From: a virus
Taxonomy: Duplodnaviria; Caudoviricetes
Length of the DNA: 38,884 nt
IMG/VR virus record: IMGVR_UViG_3300044728_000132
Location: 1 to 38,884 of that record
Direction: 5' to 3' (one strand)
Shown here: positions 25,214 to 33,964 of the stretch, in pieces
Layout of the letters: every line of letters begins with the position of its first letter
How positions within the stretch are numbered: position 1 is the first letter of the stretch
Program-made: the position numbers and the translations under genes
The notes under the pieces: model-generated
What the model saw: the letters and a program-made list of their open reading frames with translations, nothing else
What the model was told of the DNA's origin: nothing
Database searches by the model: none

Positions 25214-25866
25214 ACCCCACCGAACCGACCCGGCTCTCGAAGAACCTTGAACGGGTCGCAGCGAAGTATCACGCGCCCGCGTACGACGACCTGTTCCCCG
25301 ACGAGGTCGACACCCTCGACGTGCGCACACCGGAGTCGTACGCCGCGGCGAGGTGGGCGGCGAGCATCCCGCAACGCTTCAACCGGGCGACCCTCGACGA
25401 CTTCACCGACGAGGCCGTGCGCGTCCCGCTGACGGACTGGTCGGCATCGGCGGGCGGCACGAACCTGGTCCTGTTCGGCCCGACTGGCACCGGCAAGACC
25501 CACGCCGCGGTCGCGGTGTGCCGTCTTCCCCACGAGCGGGGTCTGTCGGTCGAGTTCGCGCCTGCCGTGGAGATGTTCGACCGCCTGCGACCAGGCGGAC
25601 CCGAGGACGCGCTCGACGAGTTGATCGACGTGGACCGGCTCATCATCGATGACCTCGGCGCGGAGAAGCCCACCGACTGGACAGCCGAACGGCTGTACCT
25701 CGTGGTGAACCGTCGCTGGCTCGACGAGCGGCCGACGATCTTCACGACGAACCTCGACCCGAAGCCGTTGGAGGTGGAGGTGGGCGCGCGGATGTTCAGT
25801 CGGATGGTGGGGTCGAGCGCGTTGTGTATCCGGATGACAGGACACGACCGAAGGAGGAAGCCGTGA
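25210..25866 (+). CDS. DnaC/IstB-like helicase-loader ATPase
   Basis: IPQRF..ATL, GPTGTGKTH, LIIDDLGAEK.TDW, PTIFTTN, R.FSRM, G.DRR. Confidence 0.9.
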   Translation: MNPTEPTRLSKNLERVAAKYHAPAYDDLFPDEVDTLDVRTPESYAAARWAASIPQRFNRATLDDFTDEAVRVPLTDWSASAGGTNLVLFGPTGTGKTHAAVAVCRLPHERGLSVEFAPAVEMFDRLRPGGPEDALDELIDVDRLIIDDLGAEKPTDWTAERLYLVVNRRWLDERPTIFTTNLDPKPLEVEVGARMFSRMVGSSALCIRMTGHDRRRKP

Positions 25867-26033
25867 GTGTCTGGACCGACGATCACGAACTGTGTCAACG
25901 CGAAGCCGAGGGACTGAGGATGGCGGGACGCGAACTTCGGTCCCTGCTGCTGATGTTCCACTCGTGCGACCACGAGGAGGACTGCGACGTGTACCAGGCC
26001 GTGAAGCAATGGGAGAAGGTGGACCCGTTCTGA
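25863..26033 (+). CDS. Hypothetical protein, 56 aa
   Basis: GTGA overlap and GGAGG RBS; H.C.H...C.V pattern. Confidence 0.5.
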   Translation: MSVWTDDHELCQREAEGLRMAGRELRSLLLMFHSCDHEEDCDVYQAVKQWEKVDPF

Positions 26034-26365
26034 TGGAACCCAAGCGAGACGAACTCGACGACCCGCCCAAGCCGAGCGAGTGCAGATGCGAGGGCACCGG
26101 CTGGATCTTCGTACTCGAGGGTTACGTGCGTGCCCACGCGAAGAACCTCGACGACGCGCCGTTGACGGGCGCGCTCCGCAACTCGGTGTACCCCTGCAAG
26201 TTCCACAACCCGCGCAGGTTCCACCGGTGGGCTGAGGGCCACTACGCGAAAGACCACGACGAGGCCGAGTGCGACGAGTGCCGGATGGCCCGACCCCGCT
26301 CGTCGTTCACGCGACGACGCAAGCGGGCGGTCCCTGTCGAGACGACGAGGAAGGACTTCGAGTGA
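26033..26365 (+). CDS. Cys/His-rich hypothetical protein
   Basis: CRCEGTGW...YPC...H...C.EC; TGATG overlap. Confidence 0.6.
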   Translation: MEPKRDELDDPPKPSECRCEGTGWIFVLEGYVRAHAKNLDDAPLTGALRNSVYPCKFHNPRRFHRWAEGHYAKDHDEAECDECRMARPRSSFTRRRKRAVPVETTRKDFE

Positions 26366-26721
26366 GCGAACTAGGAATGCAACTCCGACGCGAGCACCGG
26401 CAGCTGCCGGACGGGCCGAACGTCCTGACTGACGTGTACGCGGTGGTCGGTGAGGAGGGCGCGGCGACGATCTGGTGGTCGGACACGCGGGCGATCCTCG
26501 GGCACCGTGTCTGCGCTGGCGTGTCGTTGCACAGCGTCACCCCACGCGACGACTGGACGTTCAGCGGTGAGAAGGTATGCGAGTTCACGGGCGGCGCGTG
26601 CTGGTCGATCCTCGGCTCGACGATGGGTGTGCACACCTTCTTCGAGGAGTTGGCCGACAAGGGTGACGAGGCGATCTACTCCTACCTTGCCGCCGAGTAC
26701 CTCGCTGGGCTCGTCGAGTGA
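26362..26721 (+). CDS. Hypothetical protein
   Basis: GTGA overlap; H...C...GG.CW motif. Confidence 0.6.
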   Translation: MSELGMQLRREHRQLPDGPNVLTDVYAVVGEEGAATIWWSDTRAILGHRVCAGVSLHSVTPRDDWTFSGEKVCEFTGGACWSILGSTMGVHTFFEELADKGDEAIYSYLAAEYLAGLVE

Positions 26722-27065
26722 AGCGGTCACCGTTGCCGAGGCGTAAGACCCCGTTGCGACGGCAGTCGGTGAAAGCACGCAGCCAGGTCGCGCAGCGGCG
26801 TAAAGTCGTGGCGCTGGTGGTCGAGCGTGACGGCCTCGTGTGCTACGGGCACACGGTGCTGCCGGTGCTCGGGTGCTTCGGTCCTCTGGACCCCCATGAG
26901 ATCGTGCCGCGCGGTCGTCGACCAGGCGGGCACCTCGATCCCGACAACGTCCGCATGGTCTGCCGTGCTCATCACGAATGGGCGCATAGCAACCCGTGGC
27001 TGGCCGAGACAGTCGGGCTACTCAAGAAGGAGACAGTGCATGGTGAAGATGGCGAACCTCGGTGA
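26718..27065 (+). CDS. HNH endonuclease-like protein
   Basis: KR.PL.R.TPL basic N-terminus; ERDG..C...C.G..D.HEI..R...GG...PDN...VCR.HH...H. Confidence 0.8.
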   Translation: MKRSPLPRRKTPLRRQSVKARSQVAQRRKVVALVVERDGLVCYGHTVLPVLGCFGPLDPHEIVPRGRRPGGHLDPDNVRMVCRAHHEWAHSNPWLAETVGLLKKETVHGEDGEPR

Positions 27066-27465
27066 CTTCGAGGGTGCGAAGGTCACGACCTCGACGGTGA
27101 AGGTGACCAACGCGGGCGACGGGTTGTCGCAGGCAATGAAGATCGAGCCGACCGCGTTCAAGCGCCACGAGCGCCTAGTCCTGGTGCTCGATTGTGTAGT
27201 CGACAAGGTGACGTTCGCAGACGGGGTGCTGAGCGGCGAGGTGACCCGAGTCCACGTGCTGAAGGCGGGCACCGCGATCGTGGTCGAGCGTGACCTCGTG
27301 GCGGCGATGCTGGACGAGCAGGCCGAACGGATCAAGCAAGCGAAGGAGGACGCGGCCGGTCTGCTCCACCTCGACGGCACCGTGGCGAAGCTGCCGAAGA
27401 AGCCGACGAAGGCGCCCGCGAAGAAGACCGCCAAGCGAGCCCCGCTCAAGGCCGTGAAGGAGTGA
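27040..27465 (+). CDS. Hypothetical protein with a Lys-rich C-terminus
   Basis: AAGGAG RBS; FEG..V......TNAGDGLS.AM...P. Confidence 0.65.
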   Translation: MVKMANLGDFEGAKVTTSTVKVTNAGDGLSQAMKIEPTAFKRHERLVLVLDCVVDKVTFADGVLSGEVTRVHVLKAGTAIVVERDLVAAMLDEQAERIKQAKEDAAGLLHLDGTVAKLPKKPTKAPAKKTAKRAPLKAVKE

Positions 27466-27662
27466 AGACCACCGCGTCGATCCGCAGCGAGGACGATCGG
27501 CTCCGGATCATCATCGGCCCCGACGACGTGATCGTCCGCGCCGTCGAGGGCGGCACGATGGTCGAGTTGGCGATTGAGCACGGCGAGGCGGTCGACATGT
27601 TCAGCGCGGCTTACTCTCTCCTCGCCCTACCCCGTCAAGCGCCCAGCATTCAGCGACGATGA
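27462..27662 (+). CDS. Hypothetical protein, 66 aa
   Basis: 4-nt overlaps on both sides. Confidence 0.55.
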   Translation: MKTTASIRSEDDRLRIIIGPDDVIVRAVEGGTMVELAIEHGEAVDMFSAAYSLLALPRQAPSIQRR

Positions 27663-28060
27663 CCGACGTGAAGATGACGCACGCCGACTTGCAAGAGCAG
27701 GTCGTCGCGCTGCTCCACATCTTCTCGTGGCGGCACCTCCACGTGCGCACCACGCTCGGCAAGGTCGGGGGGCACTACCGCCATACCACCTCGACGAACG
27801 TCATCGGCTGGCCCGACCTCGCACCATGCTGGAACCCGAGTCAGCCGGGACGTGTCCTCGCGTTGGAACTGAAAGTGCCACCCGACAAGCCGCGTCCTGA
27901 GCAGGCTGCTGTGCTCCGAGAACTGGCGGCGAGCGGGATCGAGTGTCACGTGATCCGACCTGCCGATATCCCCGTGCGGCTGCCGCGGCTGCTTGACCGC
28001 GCGGCCTACGGCCACCTCACCCACACCACGTTCGTCGAACTGATCGAGGAGGAACTGTGA
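27659..28060 (+). CDS. VRR-NUC (PD-(D/E)XK) nuclease
   Basis: GWPDL...LELK....P.PEQ...L..L...G....V.RP.D. Confidence 0.85.
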   Translation: MTDVKMTHADLQEQVVALLHIFSWRHLHVRTTLGKVGGHYRHTTSTNVIGWPDLAPCWNPSQPGRVLALELKVPPDKPRPEQAAVLRELAASGIECHVIRPADIPVRLPRLLDRAAYGHLTHTTFVELIEEEL

Positions 28061-28284
28061 CCGATCCCGTGCTCGGCAAGATCAGAGAGTCCAAGCGGCG
28101 CCTTGCGCAGATCGAGCGTGCGCAACGCGCCGAGTTCACCGTGCGACGGAAGTTGTACGCGCAGGCCCGTGCGAAGGGCATCCCGCTCCGGCTGATCGCG
28201 CAGGCTGCCGGTGTGTCCGAGGGTGCCGTCTCACTGGCACTGCGCCCCGACCGCGACACCCCCCTGAAGGAGTCCACCGCATGA
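28057..28284 (+). CDS. Small HTH DNA-binding protein
   Basis: AR.KGIPLRLIAQAAGVSEGAV. Confidence 0.75.
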   Translation: MTDPVLGKIRESKRRLAQIERAQRAEFTVRRKLYAQARAKGIPLRLIAQAAGVSEGAVSLALRPDRDTPLKESTA

Positions 28285-28490
28285 CCGAGTTCCACCCGAC
28301 AGGTGATGTGACCACCGAAGCCGAGTTCGTGCAGTCGATCCGCGACGGCAAGGGCACGCGACTCGCGCAGGCCGACGTCGACATCCTCGGGGACTGCAAG
28401 ATTCACGGCTGCACGATTCTCTACGTGTACGACCCGGACACGGGACAGCGGGTCGGGCAGCAGTGGACGTTGAACGTGGACCGAACGTGA
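28281..28490 (+). CDS. Hypothetical protein, 69 aa
   Basis: AAGGAG RBS; overlaps both neighbours. Confidence 0.6.
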   Translation: MTEFHPTGDVTTEAEFVQSIRDGKGTRLAQADVDILGDCKIHGCTILYVYDPDTGQRVGQQWTLNVDRT

Positions 28491-30124
28491 GCACGCTGAC
28501 CTATGGGCCGCACGTGCGGTTCGAGTTGCGCGAGTACCAGGTCGAAGCCCTCAACCGAGTCGCGCAGGCAATGGATCGAGGAGTGCGCAGACAGTTGCTC
28601 GTCGCCGCGACGGGCCTCGGCAAGACGATCATCTTCGCGGCGCTGGCGGAGAGGATGGGAGGACGCACGCTGATCCTCGCTCACCGCGACGAGTTGGTCG
28701 CGCAGGCCGCGGCGAAGGTCCGCGAGGTGTGGCCCGGTGTCGATGTCGGCATCGTGAAGGCGGACCTGGACTACGTGCATAGCCAGGTCGTGGTCGCCTC
28801 GGTGCAGACCCTCGCCCGTGCCCGACGCCTCGCGCGGCTCGCGGCCACACCACTGTTCAACCTCGTCGTCGTCGACGAGGCCCACCACACCGCAGCCGAC
28901 ACCTACCGCCGAGTCCTCGACGCGGTCGGCGCCGGGAAGCAGAACGGCCCGCTCCTCCTCGGCGTCACGGCGACACCCGATCGAGGCGACGGCAAAGGGC
29001 TCGACGACCTGTTCGACGAGATCACATTCACGGCCGACATGGTGTGGGGCATCCGCGCTGGCTACCTCGCTGACGTGCGCGGGTTGCGCGTCCACATGGA
29101 CAGCCTCGACCTCGGCAGCATCCGTACTCGCCACGGTGACTACGACCAAGGGCAGGTCGGTGCCGCACTCGAGGCGGGCGCCGTCGAGGAGCTCGTCTAC
29201 CGGGCGTGGCGTGAGCACGCGTCGGATCGGCAGACCCTCGTGTTCACGCCGACCGTCGCGACGGCGGCGATCGTGGCGAACTACTTCGTTCGGGCAGGTG
29301 TGCGCGCCGAGTGGGTGTCGGGTGACACACCCCTCGACCAGCGGCGTGCCTTGCTCCGTCAGTACAAGAACGGCGAGGTGCAGGTGCTCGCCAACTGCGC
29401 GGTGCTCACCGAGGGCTACGACGACCCGCGCACGGACTGCATCGTCGTGGCCCGCCCGACCAAGAGCCGAGCGTTGTACGCGCAGATGGTCGGCCGGGGT
29501 ACACGCCGTCATCCGGAGAAGACCGACCTGCTCGTGCTCGACGTGGTGGGTGCCACGCTCGCTCACTCACTCGTCACGGTGCCCTCGCTGTTCGGCATCG
29601 AGGAGGAGGAGGATCGGCGCAAGGCCGAGACCACACCGTTGAGCGTTGTGCTCCAGGAACGCGACGACAGACTGGTCGCGCTGGGGAGGCTCACGGCAGT
29701 CGAGGCCGACATGTTCAGGCAGATGCGGGGCAGCGGGATCGCGTGGGTGCGGATCACCGACCGGCGCACCGGCAACGTCGTCGCGTACGAGCGAGCCCTC
29801 GGCGGGAAGAACCGCCCGCGGGTCGCGGTGCGCCACGACATCAGAGGCTGGATCGCGGAGGTCCGCCCAGCTGAGGGCAGAGCCAAGACACTGATCGCGG
29901 ACGTCACGCTCGACCTGGCGCAGGGTGTGGCCGAGGACTTCATCCGCAAGCAGGGGATCGACGCGCTCGTGAACCTCGACGCGCCGTGGCGGCAGCGGGA
30001 GCCCACAGCGAAGCAGGTCGAGGCGGCGAGGAAGTGGCGCCTGCGTATCGACCCGAACTGGACGGCCGGTGAGTTGAGCGACGCGCTCGACCGCCACATA
30101 GCCCAACGCAAGCGTCGGGGCTAG
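28487..30124 (+). CDS. SF2 DEAD/DEAH-box helicase (type III Res/Irc3-like)
   Basis: LREYQ, ATGLGKT, AHR.EL, DEAHH, GVTATP.R.D, LTEGYD.P, QMVGRGTR. Confidence 0.93.
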   Translation: MSTLTYGPHVRFELREYQVEALNRVAQAMDRGVRRQLLVAATGLGKTIIFAALAERMGGRTLILAHRDELVAQAAAKVREVWPGVDVGIVKADLDYVHSQVVVASVQTLARARRLARLAATPLFNLVVVDEAHHTAADTYRRVLDAVGAGKQNGPLLLGVTATPDRGDGKGLDDLFDEITFTADMVWGIRAGYLADVRGLRVHMDSLDLGSIRTRHGDYDQGQVGAALEAGAVEELVYRAWREHASDRQTLVFTPTVATAAIVANYFVRAGVRAEWVSGDTPLDQRRALLRQYKNGEVQVLANCAVLTEGYDDPRTDCIVVARPTKSRALYAQMVGRGTRRHPEKTDLLVLDVVGATLAHSLVTVPSLFGIEEEEDRRKAETTPLSVVLQERDDRLVALGRLTAVEADMFRQMRGSGIAWVRITDRRTGNVVAYERALGGKNRPRVAVRHDIRGWIAEVRPAEGRAKTLIADVTLDLAQGVAEDFIRKQGIDALVNLDAPWRQREPTAKQVEAARKWRLRIDPNWTAGELSDALDRHIAQRKRRG

Positions 30125-30135
30125 GGTCTCGCCCA

Positions 30136-30768
30136 ATGGCCGAACGGCGGATCGTCTACATGCCCGTCGCTGAGTTGGTCTCCGCGCCGCGCAACGCGAA
30201 GGGCCACGACACCGAGGCCATGATGAAGTCCGTCGACGCGTTCGGATGGATCGAACCGATCGTCCTCGACGGGCGCACGGGCATGATCGTGAGCGGCCAC
30301 GGTCGACGTGACTACCTGGCCGACGCTGAACTTCACGACCGCGAAGCTGCCGACTGGATCGGTGACGACGGGCTCCGCATCGACGAGCAGGGCCGCTGGT
30401 GTACCCCTGTCGTGGTCGGATGGGAGTCGACCGACGACGCGCACGCCGAGGCTGCTGGCATCGCGCTGAACCGTGTCGGTGAGGGAGTGTGGGATCGGGG
30501 CACGTTGGCCGACGCGCTCGACGACCTCGTGACGAAGTACGGCGATGCGATCGGGTTCACACCGATGGACCTCGACGACCTGCGCCTGTCGATCGCACCA
30601 CCGATCCTCGACGACCTCGCGGACCAGGTGGGCAAGCACGACCCGCAGGACGCGTGGCCAGCGTTCCGTGTCCGCCTCCCACCGCCGCTCGTCGAGCGGA
30701 TGGGGAAATGGTGGGCCGCACTCGAGGGTGAGACCGACATCGATAAGGCCGAGGCCCTCACCTCGTGA
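30136..30768 (+). CDS. ParB/Srx-like N-terminal domain protein (DNA-modification associated)
   Basis: L...PRNAK.H......SV..FGW.EPIVLD..TG.IVSGHGR; A.IA.NR..E..WD...L. Confidence 0.85.
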   Translation: MAERRIVYMPVAELVSAPRNAKGHDTEAMMKSVDAFGWIEPIVLDGRTGMIVSGHGRRDYLADAELHDREAADWIGDDGLRIDEQGRWCTPVVVGWESTDDAHAEAAGIALNRVGEGVWDRGTLADALDDLVTKYGDAIGFTPMDLDDLRLSIAPPILDDLADQVGKHDPQDAWPAFRVRLPPPLVERMGKWWAALEGETDIDKAEALTS

Positions 30769-31652
30769 GGGTGCGGCTGCTGCTCTCGTACTGGTACTAC
30801 CGAGACGCCGACCTCGACGAGTTCGCGCGCCGCTGCTCGATCGACGGTGTGGCACCGGACATGTGGGCCGACTCGGGCGCGTACTCCGCGATGACGAGGG
30901 ACGCGGTGATCACTGTCGACGAGTACGCGGCGTGGCTCCACAAGTGGGACCACCTGTTCAGCGCGGCGTGCAACCTCGACGTGATTGGCAACGCGAAGGG
31001 GACGATGGAGAATCAGCACGCGCTCGAACGGCTGGGGTGCGCGGTGCTGCCCGTCTACCACATGCGCGACGAGGACCCGCGTGTGCTGAAGAAGATCGCG
31101 GCGTCCTACCCCTACGGGTGTCTCGGTGGGATGGCGGGCACGGGTGTCCCGCCGTCCGTGTGTATGCGATGGATGGTCGACACGATGATGCGCGTGAAGG
31201 GCAGCGAGATCGTGTGGCACGGGCTCGGCGCGACAAGCAACGCGGTGCTCGGCGGGCTCCCGCTCTACAGCGTCGACTCGTCGTCGTGGCTGGCCGGTCG
31301 ACGGTGGGGCTACTACTCGCTCTTCGACTCGACGACGGGACGGAGCGAGCAGGTCCACATCGGGGACCACGAGGGCCTGGCGCGTAACGGTCGTCTGCTG
31401 CGTCGCCTGGGATTCGAGCCACGCGAACTGTTCTCGGCAGACCCGAAGGGTGGCCCGCCCTGGCCGGTGCGCGACGCGCTCGGGATCGCGACCTACAGCG
31501 AGGTGGAGGCGTGGTGTCAGCGACGGCACGGGCCGGTGCTGCGTGCCGACCGTCCCGACGAGGAGCCGGGTTTACGGATGTACGCGGTGACCGGGCCGGG
31601 TGTCAAGACTGACGAGGTCGTGCAGATGCTGGCCGAACGGAGAGCAGCGTGA
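30765..31652 (+). CDS. DpdA-like / tRNA-guanine transglycosylase-fold base-exchange enzyme
   Basis: ADSGAYSA, NLDVIG, PVYH, LGGM, WHGLG, YSVDSSSW motifs of phage TGT/DpdA proteins; in an operon with folE. Confidence 0.8.
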   Translation: MRVRLLLSYWYYRDADLDEFARRCSIDGVAPDMWADSGAYSAMTRDAVITVDEYAAWLHKWDHLFSAACNLDVIGNAKGTMENQHALERLGCAVLPVYHMRDEDPRVLKKIAASYPYGCLGGMAGTGVPPSVCMRWMVDTMMRVKGSEIVWHGLGATSNAVLGGLPLYSVDSSSWLAGRRWGYYSLFDSTTGRSEQVHIGDHEGLARNGRLLRRLGFEPRELFSADPKGGPPWPVRDALGIATYSEVEAWCQRRHGPVLRADRPDEEPGLRMYAVTGPGVKTDEVVQMLAERRAA

Positions 31653-32422
31653 CATTCGACGACCTCGTGCTCGCGATCGGCCCGACTCGCGGCGAGGTGG
31701 TCGCGCACCCGATCTACTTCCACCTGACGTCAGTGCCGAGGCTGCGCGTGTTCATGGAGCACCACGTGTGGGCGGTGTGGGACTTCATGTCTCTGCTCAC
31801 CGCGCTGCAACGGGAGTGCACCTCGACGACGTTGCCGTGGGTGCCATCCCACAACACGACCGCGGCGCGGTTCGTGAACGAGATCAAGGTGGCCGAGGAG
31901 TCCGACGTCGACGGGGACGACGGGTTCGTCAGTCACGTCGACCTGTACCTGAAGGCGATGGGCGAGGCGGGTGCCGACACCGGCCCGCTCGAACGGACCA
32001 TGCGCTACTTCGATTCCCCGTCGTCGGCGTTCCACCTCGACCACGTGTGGGAGGTCGCACGGAAGTACGGCGCACCCGAGGGCGCGGTCCGCTTCCTCGC
32101 CACGACGTTCTCGATCCTCGAGCAAGGCTCGCTCCCCCACATCGCTGCCGCGTTCACACTCGGACGCGAGCAGCTGATCCCCGCGATGTTCGAGCCGTTG
32201 CTCCATCACCTCGACGCGGGCGGTAAGACCCTGCGTTACTACCTCGACCGACACATCGAGATCGATGGCGACTCGCACGGCCCGCTGGCCCGCGCTCTCG
32301 TCGAGTCGGTGTGCGACACCGAGGACGCGTGGGCTGCCGCCCGCCACGGTGCAGTCACGGCAGTGATGGCCCGCCGTCGACTGTGGGATGACACCCTCGA
32401 CGCAATGCTGAAAGGAACCTGA
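31649..32422 (+). CDS. DUF3050 heme-oxygenase-like diiron protein
   Basis: FMEHHVWAVWDFMSLL..LQ, NEI...EESD, SH..LYL.AM, GRE.LIP.MF, YYL.RHIE.DG..HGP. Confidence 0.85.
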   Translation: MTFDDLVLAIGPTRGEVVAHPIYFHLTSVPRLRVFMEHHVWAVWDFMSLLTALQRECTSTTLPWVPSHNTTAARFVNEIKVAEESDVDGDDGFVSHVDLYLKAMGEAGADTGPLERTMRYFDSPSSAFHLDHVWEVARKYGAPEGAVRFLATTFSILEQGSLPHIAAAFTLGREQLIPAMFEPLLHHLDAGGKTLRYYLDRHIEIDGDSHGPLARALVESVCDTEDAWAAARHGAVTAVMARRRLWDDTLDAMLKGT

Positions 32423-33057
32423 TGACCACCGTCACGAACAACGACCACGCCCCTGTCGGCGCGCCGCTCCCGCCGAAGCCGGTCGACCTCGACACCCTCG
32501 AACGCGGAGTCACGCTGCTCCTTCAGGGGCTCGGCCAGTCCGACAAGACGGAGGTGATGGCGAACACTCCTCGACGCATCGCGGAGATGTACGGCGACAT
32601 CATCAACGCGGCGTGGTGCGACATCGAGATCCCGTGGAAGACGTTCCCGAACCCAGCGAAGGACGACGTCCTCATCACGGTGACGGACTGCCACTACGTG
32701 TCGCTGTGCGAGCATCACCTCATGCCCGCCCTCGGCGTGGCCCACTTCGCGTACGTGCCCGACCAGAAGATCACGGGCTACTCGAAGGTGAAGAAGGGAC
32801 TGAACTACCTGGCGCGTCAGCCGCAGTTGAACGAGCGGCTGCTCGTCGAAACCCTCGACGCGTTGGAGTCGGTGCTCGAACCCCGAGGCGTGGCGCTCTC
32901 GCTCGCGTCGATCCACATGTGTCTGATCTGCAAGAGCAACGCGCCGAGTCAGGAGGTCGTCGTCGTGACGGGCTACCGCGGCTGCCTGCGCGAAGACCCG
33001 TGGCGCCGGGAGTTCCAGTCGCTCGCCACCTCGAAGCCTCACGTGTTCGGTGCCTGA
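32422..33057 (+). CDS. folE: GTP cyclohydrolase I (FolE), divergent
   Basis: TPRRIA, SLCEHHLMP..G..H.AYVP, G.SK, AR.PQ..ERL, GVA.....HMC. Confidence 0.9.
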   Translation: MTTVTNNDHAPVGAPLPPKPVDLDTLERGVTLLLQGLGQSDKTEVMANTPRRIAEMYGDIINAAWCDIEIPWKTFPNPAKDDVLITVTDCHYVSLCEHHLMPALGVAHFAYVPDQKITGYSKVKKGLNYLARQPQLNERLLVETLDALESVLEPRGVALSLASIHMCLICKSNAPSQEVVVVTGYRGCLREDPWRREFQSLATSKPHVFGA

Positions 33058-33316
33058 CGTCGAGGCCCTTGCCGATCGGCTCCGCATCGCGGTGCAGGGA
33101 TGCACGCTCCACATTCACGGGCCGGTGCAGGCGTGGGCCGCAATCGATGACGCTGGCGTGGAGGCAGAGGTTCTCCGCATCGTCACCGATAAGTCGCGGG
33201 AGAAGATGCGAAGCATGGCGGCTGACGGTGTGAGCGAGGGCGACCCTCGCATGGTGAAGGAGTTCCTGACGATCGGGTTCTGCCGCGCCCTGCTCGACTC
33301 CGGGCAATACGACTGA
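33050..33316 (+). CDS. Hypothetical protein, 88 aa, within the modification operon
   Basis: Overlaps folE and abuts the LOG gene (TGATG). Confidence 0.6.
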   Translation: MPDVEALADRLRIAVQGCTLHIHGPVQAWAAIDDAGVEAEVLRIVTDKSREKMRSMAADGVSEGDPRMVKEFLTIGFCRALLDSGQYD

Positions 33317-33798
33317 TGCGCCGTGTCGTCTGCGTCATCGGCAAGGGGAAGGCGTGTCCCCCCGAGGTGGAGCTCGACGCGTACGACGTCGGCCGAGTGG
33401 TCGGTGAGCGTGACGACCTGGTGCTCGTCTGCGGGGGGCTCGGTGGGGTGATGGACGCGGCCGCGCGAGGAGCGACGGACGTCGGTGGGTTCGCGGTCGG
33501 GCTGATCCCCGCGTCCCCGTATCAGCCCCCATCGAGTGGGCTGTCCGTCGCGCTCCGCACGGGCCTGACGATCCCGTTCCGGAACGCGCTGGTCGGGTCG
33601 GTGGCCGAGGTGGGCATCGTGCTCCCCGGCAGCGACGGCACCATGCAAGAGGCGAGCGTGATGGTGGAGCGTGACGTGCCGATCATCGGTTACGGGAAGC
33701 ACGACGCCTGGCCGACGTCGGCGCTGTCGTGCGCGGCCTGGGCCGTCGACACGGACGCGCTGCGCGGGCTCCTCGTGGCGGCGCTCGCGCCCGTCTGA
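33316..33798 (+). CDS. LOG/SLOG-family (TIGR00725-like) Rossmann-fold nucleotide-binding protein
   Basis: VCVIG, LVCGGLGGVMDAAARGA...GG..VG.IP, TG....RN.LV, LPG..GT..E. Confidence 0.85.
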   Translation: MRRVVCVIGKGKACPPEVELDAYDVGRVVGERDDLVLVCGGLGGVMDAAARGATDVGGFAVGLIPASPYQPPSSGLSVALRTGLTIPFRNALVGSVAEVGIVLPGSDGTMQEASVMVERDVPIIGYGKHDAWPTSALSCAAWAVDTDALRGLLVAALAPV

Positions 33799-33807
33799 TT
33801 ACTGACA

Positions 33808-33856
33808 GTCGGACCTATCCGCTCCGCTCTTTCCCCCGCTGGGGGAGGCGTCCGAC
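33808..33856 (+). terminator. Hairpin after the modification operon (possible terminator)
   Basis: GTCGGAC/GTCCGAC encloses TCCCCC-GCT-GGGGGA; no U-tract. Confidence 0.35.
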
Positions 33857-33929
33857 GAGCGCGCCCGAGAACCTTGTCGGAAACAAGTCTGTGGGCTGGG
33901 ACAACGTGACCGGATTGGGGGCTGGGCGA

Positions 33930-33959
33930 GTCGCACCCCTATCCCCCAGGCCCTATCGT
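33930..33959 (+). promoter_or_regulatory. Putative sigma-A-type early promoter (GTCGCA-N18-TATCGT)
   Basis: TAnnnT hexamer just upstream of the non-coding leader; the -35 match is weak. Confidence 0.35.
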
Positions 33960-33964
33960 TAGGG

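Noticed and set aside
33874-33896. TTGTCGG as a second PafBC-type promoter
   Set aside because: No TAnnnT at the required 10-nt spacing.
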